Shown here in pieces: positions 1 through 9,680 of a stretch of DNA of 64,000 nucleotides (positions within the stretch are counted from its first letter, which is position 1; every line of letters starts with the position of its first letter). The notes beneath the pieces are model-generated. The model had not been told where the DNA came from and searched no databases. It saw only the letters and a list, made by a program, of their open reading frames with translations. This DNA comes from Thermoplasmatota archaeon (GTDB lineage Archaea > Thermoplasmatota > JAKEGO01): assembly GCA_028279595.1 (NCBI GenBank), contig JANQNK010000004.1, positions 96,001 through 160,000 on the forward strand. The letters run 5' to 3'. The translations under genes and the position numbers were made by a program.

Positions 1-3000
1 ATACCAGCTAGATAATTGTCGTAGACAGTATTGCTCTCGATCATTGTATTGTTGGACCATAACCATACACGCATGCCCTCATAACCGTTCTTGCTCAGGT
101 TATTTCCAGCGACCGTGGAGCCGTCAGCATGTTGGGCAAGGATCCCCCTATCACCATTTTTTATGATGGTGTTGTTCCTGATCGATATATCGGACGACGA
201 GGAAATGAAGATCCCTATGTAATTGTACGATAGATTGCACCACGTGACATTGCCTCCGGTCACCCTGAAGAACCGGATCCCGGATGACTTTCCCGATGCT
301 CCGCTGCCAGATATCGTCAGGTCCTTAACGGATACCCAGTCCGCTGTGATGTTCACGACGATACCGCTGTTGCTGCCATTGATGTAGGTGGTGTTCATAT
401 CGGTGCCGGCAAGGGTGATCGACTTATAGATTATCGGATTTTCGAAATATGTCCCCGAACTGACAGTAACGGTGTCGCCGATCGTTGCGGCATCGATACC
501 GGACTGAATGGTGTCGGCATAGGCCCGGACCGGATTGTAGCTGATGACCACGTACTCCGTTGAAGAGGTGACAGTGGCAGTAGCATACCAAGGTTCGAAA
601 TCCACATTGGTCGAGACGGCGTCACCGGAACCGGAGCCCTGACCAGATGGCCCGTCGATCGCTCCCCAATAGTTCCTCTCCGCCGTGACAGCGTCTCCCT
701 GATTGTATAGACCCCAGGTATTTCCGCTGAAGAAGCTGTACTGGATCTGGTTGACGGTCATTCCGGTGGTCAGGATGTAGATGCCATAGGTGTTGTCATA
801 GTACTCGTTCGAAGGGAGCGATATGGTATCGGCGTTGCCCATGTAGACCCCGCGTGTATTATCGCGGAACGTGTCCCCGGTCAGCGTCACGATCGTTCCG
901 CTCGACGGGATTATCACTCCGTTGGTGTTGTTGTGCCAGAGGTTTCCGGAGACGTCGGACATGGCACCGTTCCTTGAGAGATATGCACCGTCGAAATAAC
1001 CTGAGACCTCGTTATCGGTTATTGTCGCGAGTCCCCGGTTGTAGATGCCGAACGTGGCCGTGTTCTGTCCATCGAGGTCGTTGTCGTGGATGTCGCCGGA
1101 CCCTGCCGAGTAGTCGATGCCAGTGTTCGATGAGGAGATAATGTTGTAGGAGATATCGAAATTGTTGCCCGAACTGACGTAGATGGCCGCACTGGATGTG
1201 TTGGTCATACTGTTATGCCAGATGTCCATGGAGGCTCCACCCCATTGACGTATGCCGTATGTGCCCTCCACGATGGTATTGTTCTCTATCGTCAGCCATT
1301 GGCTCAGGGTCTGGATATGGATGGCTGCGGTCGAGGAGGAGTAGAAGGTGTTGTTGCCGACATAGTTGTTGTGAGCCGACGATTGAATGTAGACGCCGAT
1401 GTCATTTTCCGAACAATTGGCCCACTCGAGCACGTTCGACGTGGATGATTCGATGTCGATCCCGTAATCGTTATCGAACATGTTGACATCCCATATGTGA
1501 CAGTCCTGGACGGTGTCCAAATGAATTCCGGCATCGGTACCGCTCGAGCCGCTGTTCGTCACGGTGACGGCGGTCAGGTTCACGTCGTCTGCAGTTATCG
1601 ATAGGACGTCCCCGGTACCGCTGCCATTGATGAAGGTTGTATCACGGCCGGCACCGACGATCGTCAGGGTCTTGTCGACGGTCGGATTCTCGTAGTATGT
1701 GCCTGCAGACACGGCGATCGTATCGCCGGAGGTTGCAGCGTCGATACCGCCCTGGATCGTGTCGGAGACCGCACGGACGGGGTTGTAGGTCACGTTGACG
1801 TACTCCGTTGACGGGGTGACGGTCGGCGTTGAGTACCAGGGCTCGAAGTCGACGTATTCTGTCACGCTGTCTCCGGACCCGGACCCTTCGCCAGATGGAC
1901 CGTCTGACGCGCCCCACCAGTTGTATTCCGCATCTATCGAGACCGTTCCCGAATTGTTGAACCCGTAGTGGTTCCCAGAGATGTTGTTGTAGTTGAAGCG
2001 GCACCCGCTGCTGCCGGTCGAGTCCATGGCGATCCCGTGCCGACCGTTCCCGGTTATCGTATTGTTCGTGAACTCGCTGTCGGATACGGACGGAGCGACC
2101 TCGATCCCCACGCCCTTCTTGTAGATGGTATTGATGTCTGACTGACCTAGCGTCCAGTTGTAGATCCGGACATCGTCGATGGTGCCATCGAACCAGTTGT
2201 TGTCGCCAGTGTTGTCATGTCCGCCGATGCGAAGGTCGTTCTGATTGGTCGCGAACGACCCAGAGGTCGAGTAGGAGGCCCATTCCTCCCCGTTCACGTA
2301 GATGCGTTTCGTCTGGCCGTCGTAGGTCCCTGCGAGATGGGTCCAGGTGTTCAGGTCCACCTGATCGGAGGTGAGCAGCACGTGGGTCGTACTGCTGATG
2401 AAGGTGGTCCACCTTACGGTCCGGGCGTCCGGGTTCAGCTCGAGGACGTAGGACATTGTGGTCGAGGAACCGTCATTGGTGTCGGACCACTTCGAAATGA
2501 TGACCTGGTGGTCCCCCGTCGTCCCGTCGATGTTCACCCATGCCATGGCGGTCACCGTCTGGGAGGGGACATGTGAATCGTCATGCGGGATGTTGACGTA
2601 ATCTGCAGAACCGTCGAAATCGAGTGCGTCGTCGTATTTCCCCGATACCCATGAAGCTGCGGTTATCGTACCATTCGAGGTCCAGGTCTCGTCGATGGCG
2701 GATGATCCCGATCCAGTATCCAGTTTCCAGTATCCGACCAGACCTTCGTTCAATGATCCCAACGTGTCGCCGAAAATCCGATTGTCGGAGATGTTGTTGT
2801 GACGGACCGTAACCTCGGCACCGTACCTGGCCCAAATTCCCCTTTCGTTCCCGGTCAGAGTGTTGTTGGATATCGTGGCGGTCAGCGATGAGCCTACATC
2901 GGTGGACGTACCAACACGCACTCCGCTCCCGACCCCTTGGATATCGTTCCAGGAGACCGTTACACCCGAGTAGGCCTCGCCGCCGGTGAGGTCGATCATC

Positions 3001-3731
3001 CTGACGCCGGCGATACCCTGACTGGTGTTGCTGTTGATGGTGTTACCGACGACATCGACGTTCCCCATCTCAAGGCTGACTGCTGAGAAGACGTAGCCGT
3101 AGAACTCGTTGTTGTAGATCGTATGGTTCCCGGTGGCGTTGTGCGGATTGATGTATACACCCTCGCCCATGTTGTCCCAATCGAGATAGAAGACGTTGTC
3201 ACGGACAACGAGACCGGTCACATCGGCCCATTTCCCTGTCTGGATGCATGTCCCACCGACGCCACTTCCGTCCCCGGAGTAGATGGCACAGTCCCTGATG
3301 ACGACGTCGTTCCGGGCAGGGTCATCATAGTCCGATACGACGATGCCCTGACCGCCCCTTCCGTCGGCAGGGCCGTTGAAGTCGAGGAGCATGTTCTCGA
3401 TGACCACGTTAGAGGCATCGATCTCGATGTCATAGACCCCGGCCGCGGGAGCTCCTGTCGCCGTGAAAACGGACCCGGTCCCGTTGCCGGTTATCGTGAC
3501 CTCCTCGTCTACGATGAGGCGTCCGGTGTAGGCCCCTTCGTACACTTCGATAGTGTCGCCGGTCGAGGACGCGTTGATCGCGTCCTGTATCCAGGAGTAG
3601 TCCTGCCATGTCCCCGAGTCATCGTCCACGACATGCGTGGCCCCATCGACACCTGGCATGCTAAACAACATAACGGCTAAAGCTGCGAGAGCGAGCGCTC
3701 TCGGCAGAAAAAACGTTCCACCTGATTTCAT
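1..3731 (-). CDS. Large secreted surface protein with parallel beta-helix (NosD/CASH/pectin-lyase-like) repeats and a LamG/concanavalin-A-like domain; runs off the left edge
   Basis: Not in the ORF track because there is no stop in the window. Hand translation from ATG 3731 (GGTGA RBS upstream) gives MKSGGTFFLPRALALAALAVMLFSMPGVDG|ATHVVDDDSGTWQDYSWIQDAINASSTGDTI. LamG motifs GLVGYWKLD...ALDFDGSADYV...WTHLAGTYDG...FDGTIDDVRIYN lie at ~2150-2750, with many N/I-rich beta-helix turns elsewhere. Confidence 0.85.
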   Translation of the reverse strand, partial: MKSGGTFFLPRALALAALAVMLFSMPGVDGATHVVDDDSGTWQDYSWIQDAINASSTGDTIEVYEGAYTGRLIVDEEVTITGNGTGSVFTATGAPAAGVYDIEIDASNVVIENMLLDFNGPADGRGGQGIVVSDYDDPARNDVVIRDCAIYSGDGSGVGGTCIQTGKWADVTGLVVRDNVFYLDWDNMGEGVYINPHNATGNHTIYNNEFYGYVFSAVSLEMGNVDVVGNTINSNTSQGIAGVRMIDLTGGEAYSGVTVSWNDIQGVGSGVRVGTSTDVGSSLTATISNNTLTGNERGIWARYGAEVTVRHNNISDNRIFGDTLGSLNEGLVGYWKLDTGSGSSAIDETWTSNGTITAASWVSGKYDDALDFDGSADYVNIPHDDSHVPSQTVTAMAWVNIDGTTGDHQVIISKWSDTNDGSSTTMSYVLELNPDARTVRWTTFISSTTHVLLTSDQVDLNTWTHLAGTYDGQTKRIYVNGEEWASYSTSGSFATNQNDLRIGGHDNTGDNNWFDGTIDDVRIYNWTLGQSDINTIYKKGVGIEVAPSVSDSEFTNNTITGNGRHGIAMDSTGSSGCRFNYNNISGNHYGFNNSGTVSIDAEYNWWGASDGPSGEGSGSGDSVTEYVDFEPWYSTPTVTPSTEYVNVTYNPVRAVSDTIQGGIDAATSGDTIAVSAGTYYENPTVDKTLTIVGAGRDTTFINGSGTGDVLSITADDVNLTAVTVTNSGSSGTDAGIHLDTVQDCHIWDVNMFDNDYGIDIESSTSNVLEWANCSENDIGVYIQSSAHNNYVGNNTFYSSSTAAIHIQTLSQWLTIENNTIVEGTYGIRQWGGASMDIWHNSMTNTSSAAIYVSSGNNFDISYNIISSSNTGIDYSAGSGDIHDNDLDGQNTATFGIYNRGLATITDNEVSGYFDGAYLSRNGAMSDVSGNLWHNNTNGVIIPSSGTIVTLTGDTFRDNTRGVYMGNADTISLPSNEYYDNTYGIYILTTGMTVNQIQYSFFSGNTWGLYNQGDAVTAERNYWGAIDGPSGQGSGSGDAVSTNVDFEPWYATATVTSSTEYVVISYNPVRAYADTIQSGIDAATIGDTVTVSSGTYFENPIIYKSITLAGTDMNTTYINGSNSGIVVNITADWVSVKDLTISGSGASGKSSGIRFFRVTGGNVTWCNLSYNYIGIFISSSSDISIRNNTIIKNGDRGILAQHADGSTVAGNNLSKNGYEGMRVWLWSNNTMIESNTVYDNYLAG

Positions 3732-3799
3732 CTTGTCACCCCTCAGACGGGCGCACCCGCCGAGCCCATATAAATCGGTGGTAGCGCTTATTACCCTTT

Positions 3800-4930
3800 C
3801 TATCGGGTCAGGTCCGTTCCGCAGACGACCTTCTTCATAGCGAAATCGTGGTATCCGACGATGGCCTTGGCATACCCGGAAAGGTACTCGTCGATCTCCT
3901 CGTCGCCGGTGTCGACCCAGAGGTGTTCGATGTTCCTGAACTTCGTCGGGGTCGCTATGAGTAGTATGTTGTCGAGGGGCACATCTCGGATGACGTCAGC
4001 GCTGATCTGCTGGTTGCCCCGGCCGAAGACGAAGCCCTGTGACCCGATCGGCGTCACAACGATGAAGATTTCCTCCGATGATCCCTTCTGATCGAGGATC
4101 TCGCGTTCGCCGACGTCGCGGGCGATCATCTGGCCACCCCGGTACAGGTCGACCCCGAGAAGTGTCTTGTCCACTCCGAGGGCTTTGCTTGCCGCCCTGA
4201 CCGTGCTGCCTGGACCGAGTATCACGAGCGCATCCGGGTGGTCTCCCAGCACCTCGGAGATGTAATCACCTATTGCCTCCTTGGAGACCTCCTCGGACGG
4301 AGCGGTGTAGACCTGTTTCGTGGATTGGATCAGCTCGGGGACCATCGGAACCCTTGCCGTCCCGAAGATCGAGACCGACAGTCTTCCCTCACGGAAGGCG
4401 TCCTCGTCCAGATCGACGACCTCGCGCTCCTCGAGCATCGCGTTGCCTTCCTTCCAGGCCATGAACACCTCTGCCGCGGCGGTGGGGTTCGCGGCGAAGA
4501 TGCCGGAGTGCATCTTGACCCCGGACGGGATCCCCAGAAGCGGTATCTCGATCCCTGACGCGGAAAGAACGTCGACCGCCGTCCCGTCGCCGCCGCAGAA
4601 GAGGATGATACCGACGCCGTTCTCGACCATGGCCGATACAGCGGTCCTCGTGTCCTCGGCGGTCGTACGGGCCCCCATGTCGGGGAAATGGACGACGCTG
4701 TGCTCCACTCCGAAGGAGGAAAGTATCGCGGCCCCCATGGGCTGACCGCACGAGAGCACCTCGTCCCCCTGGAAAGCTTCAGCGACCAGTTTGAGGAATA
4801 CCCTCGCCCTGTCGGGTGCGACCGGAAGGGCGCCCCGTGCCTCGGCCTCCTCGGACATCCCGTCGGTGCCTTTGAGGGCCACCTTGCCGCCCATCCCGGA
4901 GATGGGATTGATCAGGAAGCCGACACGCAT
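3800..4930 (-). CDS. ATP-NAD kinase family protein (COG3199-type)
   Basis: MRVGFLINPISGMGGKVALKGTD N-terminus, GGDGT motif, GIPSGVKMHSG, GFVFGRGNQQIS. ATG 4930 preferred over 4969. Confidence 0.85.
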   Translation of the reverse strand: MRVGFLINPISGMGGKVALKGTDGMSEEAEARGALPVAPDRARVFLKLVAEAFQGDEVLSCGQPMGAAILSSFGVEHSVVHFPDMGARTTAEDTRTAVSAMVENGVGIILFCGGDGTAVDVLSASGIEIPLLGIPSGVKMHSGIFAANPTAAAEVFMAWKEGNAMLEEREVVDLDEDAFREGRLSVSIFGTARVPMVPELIQSTKQVYTAPSEEVSKEAIGDYISEVLGDHPDALVILGPGSTVRAASKALGVDKTLLGVDLYRGGQMIARDVGEREILDQKGSSEEIFIVVTPIGSQGFVFGRGNQQISADVIRDVPLDNILLIATPTKFRNIEHLWVDTGDEEIDEYLSGYAKAIVGYHDFAMKKVVCGTDLTR

Positions 4931-4982
4931 GGAGCGGCAATCCTCGCGGAGATATATGTAACTGTCCATGTGAGCACAGTGG

Positions 4983-4995
4983 CAAACCTTTTAAT
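4983..4995 (+). promoter_or_regulatory. BRE/TATA promoter for the 5029-6735 gene group
   Basis: GCAAACCTTTTAATC about 35-45 bp upstream of ATG 5029; the same sequence recurs at ~31601 upstream of a small ORF. Confidence 0.55.
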
Positions 4996-5028
4996 CTGAA
5001 AAACGGTTAATAACGGACAGGTGTGAGG

Positions 5029-5568
5029 ATGAACTGTCCCAAGTGCGGAGTGGAGCTTCTAGAGCACGTGTCGTTCTGTCCACTGTGCGGATCGGCTCTG
5101 CCGGACGACCTCTGGCAGAAGAAGAAGTCGAGGACACAGACGCCAAGGCGGAAACCGCGAAAACCGGTCAAGAAGGCCAAGCCCAAGACGGTCACCATGC
5201 GTCCGACGGAGCCCGAACCGGAGGGGCCGAAGACCGTTACGATGAAGCCGGTCGAGGAGAGGCCGAAGACCGTTACCATGCGCCCGACGGAGCCCACACC
5301 TCCGGCACCAGCGCCGCCCGAGGCAGCGCCAGGAAGAACGCAGGTCGAGGAGCCAGCACCACCCGCCACGGAGGTAGCTGAGGAGCCTGTCCCGGCACCA
5401 CCAGCGGAGGAGCCTGCCCCGCCAGAACCGACCGGGGATAAGCCCCCGAGCGGGGAGACGGTTGACATGCTCTGCCCCATGTGCGACAGCATCGTGTCCA
5501 TTCCCGTGGAGAGACCGATCCACGTGAAGTGTCCGAAATGTTCAGAGGAGTACTATTTTGCCAAGTAG
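5029..5568 (+). CDS. Zinc-ribbon protein with Pro/Glu-rich linker and KTVTM(R/K)P repeats
   Basis: N-terminal CPKC...CPLC, C-terminal CPMC...CPKC, low-complexity middle. Confidence 0.7.
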   Translation: MNCPKCGVELLEHVSFCPLCGSALPDDLWQKKKSRTQTPRRKPRKPVKKAKPKTVTMRPTEPEPEGPKTVTMKPVEERPKTVTMRPTEPTPPAPAPPEAAPGRTQVEEPAPPATEVAEEPVPAPPAEEPAPPEPTGDKPPSGETVDMLCPMCDSIVSIPVERPIHVKCPKCSEEYYFAK

Positions 5569-5595
5569 CGACAACTGAGATCTTTTGGTGTTCAC

Positions 5596-6180
5596 ATGGA
5601 GAGTCCGAGAGCGGTGATCGCAGAGTGCCCGAACTGCGGCGAATCGCCACACACCATAATCAAGGGAAGGATGGGATCGTCGAGGAGGACCCTCGACGCC
5701 ACGGTGAGATGTTCTGAGTGCGAGCACGTCCATCATGTCTCGATAAAGGACAAGGTGGACGTAAAGGTCAGGATGATAATCAGCGATGGACGGGTATCCA
5801 GAAAGGAGATCATCGAGCTCAACCCCGACGACGTGGTCGCGGTCGGAGACGAGATGTTCGCCGGCAGGGATTATGTCCAGATAAGGTCCATAGAGGCAGG
5901 CGAACGCCGTGTTAGGAGCGCTCCGGTGAAGGACATATCTACCATTTGGGCGCGCATCTTCGACACCCTCAAGGTCCGGATATCGATACACCGGGGCAGC
6001 AGGAGCGTCAGCAGGTACGTCCTGGCCCCTCCCGACGAGGAGTTCGGGGTCGGGGACGTCATATCCCTGGACGGGGGAGCGAAGGCGGCGGTGGAGAAGA
6101 TCAAGACCGTCGACGGAAGGTCGCCGAAGAGGGCCCAGGCGAGGGAGATCGTCAGACTCTACGGGAAACCGGTGAGGTGA
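5596..6180 (+). CDS. HVO_0476-family (COG1326-type) archaeal zinc-finger protein
   Basis: ECPNC...H.IIKG...TVRCSECEHVH, followed by duplicated beta modules (VAVGDE/FGVGDV) and AREIVRLYG. Confidence 0.8.
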   Translation: MESPRAVIAECPNCGESPHTIIKGRMGSSRRTLDATVRCSECEHVHHVSIKDKVDVKVRMIISDGRVSRKEIIELNPDDVVAVGDEMFAGRDYVQIRSIEAGERRVRSAPVKDISTIWARIFDTLKVRISIHRGSRSVSRYVLAPPDEEFGVGDVISLDGGAKAAVEKIKTVDGRSPKRAQAREIVRLYGKPVR

Positions 6181-6186
6181 AGTGGA

Positions 6187-6735
6187 ATGTTCTATCTGAA
6201 GGTCCCGAAGGAGAGGATCGCGGTCATCATAGGGAAGGAGGGGCGGACCAAGAGGCGTATCGAGAAGCAGGCCGGGGTCAAGCTCGAGATCGACTCCAAG
6301 AACGGCGAGGTCAACATCAATGACGACAAGGCTGACCCCATACTCGCCCTCAAGGTCCGCGACGTCGTCAAGGCCATCGGTCGCGGTTTCTCGCCTCGGA
6401 GGGCCGAGACATTGTTCTCTGACGACGCGTACCTGGAGGTCCTTGACATCCGCGATTACGCGGGTAAGAACCCGAAGCGGATCAACCAGGTCCGGGGCCG
6501 TGTCATCGGACGTGATGGCAGGACCCGCGAGATGATCGAGGAGTACACGGAATGTGAGCTCTCCATCTACGGCAACACCGTGGCCATCATAGGATCCCTC
6601 GAATCGGTCGATGCATCGAAACATGCCGTCGATATGCTGCTACGCGGCAGCCGGCATGGAAGCGTGTATAGATACCTTGACCGAAGGAGAAGGGACCAGA
6701 AACAGAAGGAGTTCCAGGAACTCATCGCCGGATGA
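6187..6735 (+). CDS. KH-domain rRNA-processing protein (archaeal Dim2/Pno1)
   Basis: Two KH GxxG loops (IIGKEG, VIGRDG), VVKAIGRGFSP, MLLRGSRHGSVYRYL. Confidence 0.9.
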   Translation: MFYLKVPKERIAVIIGKEGRTKRRIEKQAGVKLEIDSKNGEVNINDDKADPILALKVRDVVKAIGRGFSPRRAETLFSDDAYLEVLDIRDYAGKNPKRINQVRGRVIGRDGRTREMIEEYTECELSIYGNTVAIIGSLESVDASKHAVDMLLRGSRHGSVYRYLDRRRRDQKQKEFQELIAG

Positions 6736-6852
6736 TCGGACCCGCCCCGCTGCCAATATTTGAGACGCGATGCCGCCCGAACGGATAGGCGGCGAGTGCG
6801 TTCACTTAAATATCAAAAATGTAACCCTGTGGAACGGCATTGGGAGGGGGAT

Positions 6853-7623
6853 TCATAGATCCATTTCAAGAAGCGCCCTCGGTTCCTTGAGGCTGTAACC
6901 GAACCTGTTGACCCGTTCCTCGAACCGAGCGATCGCCTTCTCGACGTCGCGGCCGGTCCTGCGCCCGGCCTTGAGTTCGGCCCACATCTTGAAGTACTTC
7001 TCGTTGACGTTCTTCACCTCGAGCTCGTTGGGATGGGGTTCGGCACCGAGGAACCTGTAAATGGCATCGAGGTGTGCCTGCGCGTCCTCCACGTAGTCCT
7101 CGTAGCGGAAGACATGGACCCGTTCCAGGTGTCCCATGTCGCTGGCGAAGGCCTCGTGGCACAGGAGCCAGTGCTCGACGAGGGACTGGACACTGGTCTT
7201 CGACCACTTCTTGGTCGCGAGCCCAGCGCCGATCGGATGCCTCATTATCGTGATGAAGTACGAGTTCGGGAACATCGCCTGGAGGAAACGGGTCTTGACG
7301 AGGTTCGGTGGGGACTTCTCCAGGAGGTAGGTCCTGTCGATGTCCCAGTACCTCTTCCACTGATAGAAGAGCTTGATCCGGTTCTCCTCGGTGACCAACG
7401 GTGACGTCTCATCGAGGTAGGTCCGCCGGTCGAACCCGAACTTGCCCGGTCCCCCGTACATGAGGGCCGGCTCGAAGACCGTCTGGAGGTGCTGTCCCTC
7501 GTCCTCCATCACGCCCGTATCGTGGAACCCGCTGAAGTCGGAATGCTCCCTGAGGCACTTGAATAGTATGGATGTCCCGCTCCTGTGGAGCCCGTTAACG
7601 AACACGAACCTGTTCCTGAGCAT
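6853..7623 (-). CDS. PAPS-dependent sulfotransferase family protein
   Basis: 5'-PSB loop VNGLHRSGTSIL, EKSP, IMRHP, FRYED. Confidence 0.85.
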   Translation of the reverse strand: MLRNRFVFVNGLHRSGTSILFKCLREHSDFSGFHDTGVMEDEGQHLQTVFEPALMYGGPGKFGFDRRTYLDETSPLVTEENRIKLFYQWKRYWDIDRTYLLEKSPPNLVKTRFLQAMFPNSYFITIMRHPIGAGLATKKWSKTSVQSLVEHWLLCHEAFASDMGHLERVHVFRYEDYVEDAQAHLDAIYRFLGAEPHPNELEVKNVNEKYFKMWAELKAGRRTGRDVEKAIARFEERVNRFGYSLKEPRALLEMDL

Positions 7624-7833
7624 CGAAGACCCTCTTTGTCGCGGATGGCCACCCGGCCGGGTCCGCGGTCAAGACTCCGACAGGAACAGCGATATTTATG
7701 CCTGTTGCTTCCGCCCGAGCGCCCTTATCGGGGGTTGTGGTCGAACGCCTATTGCCGAAGTAAAAACGCCTGAAAGTCGATAAAAATACCACAATTTATA
7801 TAATAAAATACGGATATCAGCGACGGTGATAGT

Positions 7834-9585
7834 ATGCGTTCGGTGCTCTGGTTGGTATTGGTAACAGCCATTGCCTTGGCCCTACTGGGCATAGCGGGAA
7901 CGGTCTCCGCGGACCCCGATGTCTACGAGGGCGTGATCGTCCAGGACACCTACGATGTTGACCCCAAGGACCCCGTTGGTGGCAACCTCGGCGGCATCAC
8001 ACCGTTCCTTCATCCGGTCCCCGCTTCGGGGACAGTGAACCTGACGTTCTGGATACAGTCCGGGGACGACGATACCGACATAGACGAAATCGAGATCATC
8101 GCCGGTTCCGGCGTCGACCTTACCGACGCCAGCGGGCTGTCCGGCGTCGAGACGGGGAATCCCGGGGACTGGTCGGTGTCCGGGAATGCGTCGGAGATCG
8201 TGTACACCGCGGTCACGGACTCCGGGAACGATGCAGACGACGCCCTGGACAAGGGCGAGGTACTGACCCTGGTCGTCACCATGGACCTGGACGGCGATTC
8301 CCAGCTGTTCGACGTCCAGTTCACGCTGAAGAACGCGAACACGGCCGGCGACGAGAACGTCACGACAAAGGAATATACGTATTATTTCCTCGCTCTGAAC
8401 GAGGGGGACATGTACCTTCAGACCTGGCTCTCCTACGCATCCGAGAAACAGAAGGCCTACCTTCTGGTCGAAGGGAGCGGGACCGCATTCGGTGAGAACG
8501 GCGGAGGAACGTTCCAGAGGAACTTCGCCGACGCATACGACGTGTACAGGTCCACGACGGACATGGTCTACATCTTCTTCACCAACGATGCTGACCTGGT
8601 CAACGGTCTGACGTACACTGCGGTGAACCCCAACCCCGGGAGCGAGATCGAACTCAAGATGAACGTCGCCATGTTCACGGCGGAGACCGTGGATACAGGC
8701 AGCGTCGTCCTTTCACAGATCGCCTCTCCGGGACTGAACACTCCCGCCTGGATCCCGAACGGCGGATCATTCATCTTCCTCTACGGCCCGAACCTCCTTG
8801 GGACCGGTTCGGGTAGCCATTACATCGATGACCTCGACGACGACAACGACGGTGTGACCGACGCCCAGGAGGCCGCGGACGGCACCGACCCGAGGGACGC
8901 GACCGACTTCAAGGCGGCAGACCCGAACGGGACCCCTGATTCGGACGACGGCGAGGACGATATGAACCTCATATTGATCGCATCGGTGGTCGTTATCATT
9001 CTAGGTGTGGTCCTCGGGATCATGCTCGTCAAGAGCGGTGTCATCGGTGGAGCCAAGCCGAAGAAACCGAAGAAGGTCAAGGAGAAGAAGCCCAAGAAGA
9101 AGAAGGAAGAAGAGGTCAAGTGGGAGAAGCCGAGGGAGCGCAAGAAGAGGGAGAAGGCCGAGGCGAAACCCAAGAAGAAGGCCGCCGCCGCGAAGACCAA
9201 GAAGGTCGAGGAAGAAGAGGAGGAGGAAGAGGTCGAGGCTGCGGAAGTGGTCGAAGAGGAAGAGGAGCTCGAGGAGGAAGAAGAAGAGGAGGAGGAAGAG
9301 GTCGAAGAGGAAGAGGATGACGACGACGATTTCGACTTCGACGACGATATCGACTTCGACGAGCTCGAGGCGGAACTCGCGGACCTGGAGGACGAGATCG
9401 ACGACATGGAGGACGACGACATCGGAGAGGACGACCTCGAGGTCGATCTCGACGATGATGACGAGGACCTCGAGGCGGAGCTGGAGGAGGACGACCTCAG
9501 CGACGAGGACCTTGACGACGCCCTCGACGAGGACATCGATGACCTCGACCTGGAGGACCTCGAGAGCGAGCTGGAAGACCTCTGA
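7834..9585 (+). CDS. Single-pass membrane surface protein with TSP3-like Ca-binding motif and Lys-rich then highly acidic cytoplasmic tail
   Basis: Signal peptide (…GTVSA|DPD), DDLDDDNDGVTDAQEAADGTDP, TM LILIASVVVIILGVVLGIMLV, then a K-rich block and a D/E-rich block. Confidence 0.75.
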   Translation: MRSVLWLVLVTAIALALLGIAGTVSADPDVYEGVIVQDTYDVDPKDPVGGNLGGITPFLHPVPASGTVNLTFWIQSGDDDTDIDEIEIIAGSGVDLTDASGLSGVETGNPGDWSVSGNASEIVYTAVTDSGNDADDALDKGEVLTLVVTMDLDGDSQLFDVQFTLKNANTAGDENVTTKEYTYYFLALNEGDMYLQTWLSYASEKQKAYLLVEGSGTAFGENGGGTFQRNFADAYDVYRSTTDMVYIFFTNDADLVNGLTYTAVNPNPGSEIELKMNVAMFTAETVDTGSVVLSQIASPGLNTPAWIPNGGSFIFLYGPNLLGTGSGSHYIDDLDDDNDGVTDAQEAADGTDPRDATDFKAADPNGTPDSDDGEDDMNLILIASVVVIILGVVLGIMLVKSGVIGGAKPKKPKKVKEKKPKKKKEEEVKWEKPRERKKREKAEAKPKKKAAAAKTKKVEEEEEEEEVEAAEVVEEEEELEEEEEEEEEEVEEEEDDDDDFDFDDDIDFDELEAELADLEDEIDDMEDDDIGEDDLEVDLDDDDEDLEAELEEDDLSDEDLDDALDEDIDDLDLEDLESELEDL

Positions 9586-9680
9586 CCTGACACTCCCGGA
9601 CCAGGTCGAATTGAACGATCCATAATTGGAATAACGTGATCAGTGGTAGGCCTGTCATCCCTGGCGTGCCCTATACAACA

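Noticed and set aside
8820-9625. Poly-Ser (minus strand) and Arg/Thr-rich (alternate frame) ORFs
   Set aside because: Shadows of the GAG/GAC/AAG-rich tail of the 7834-9585 gene.
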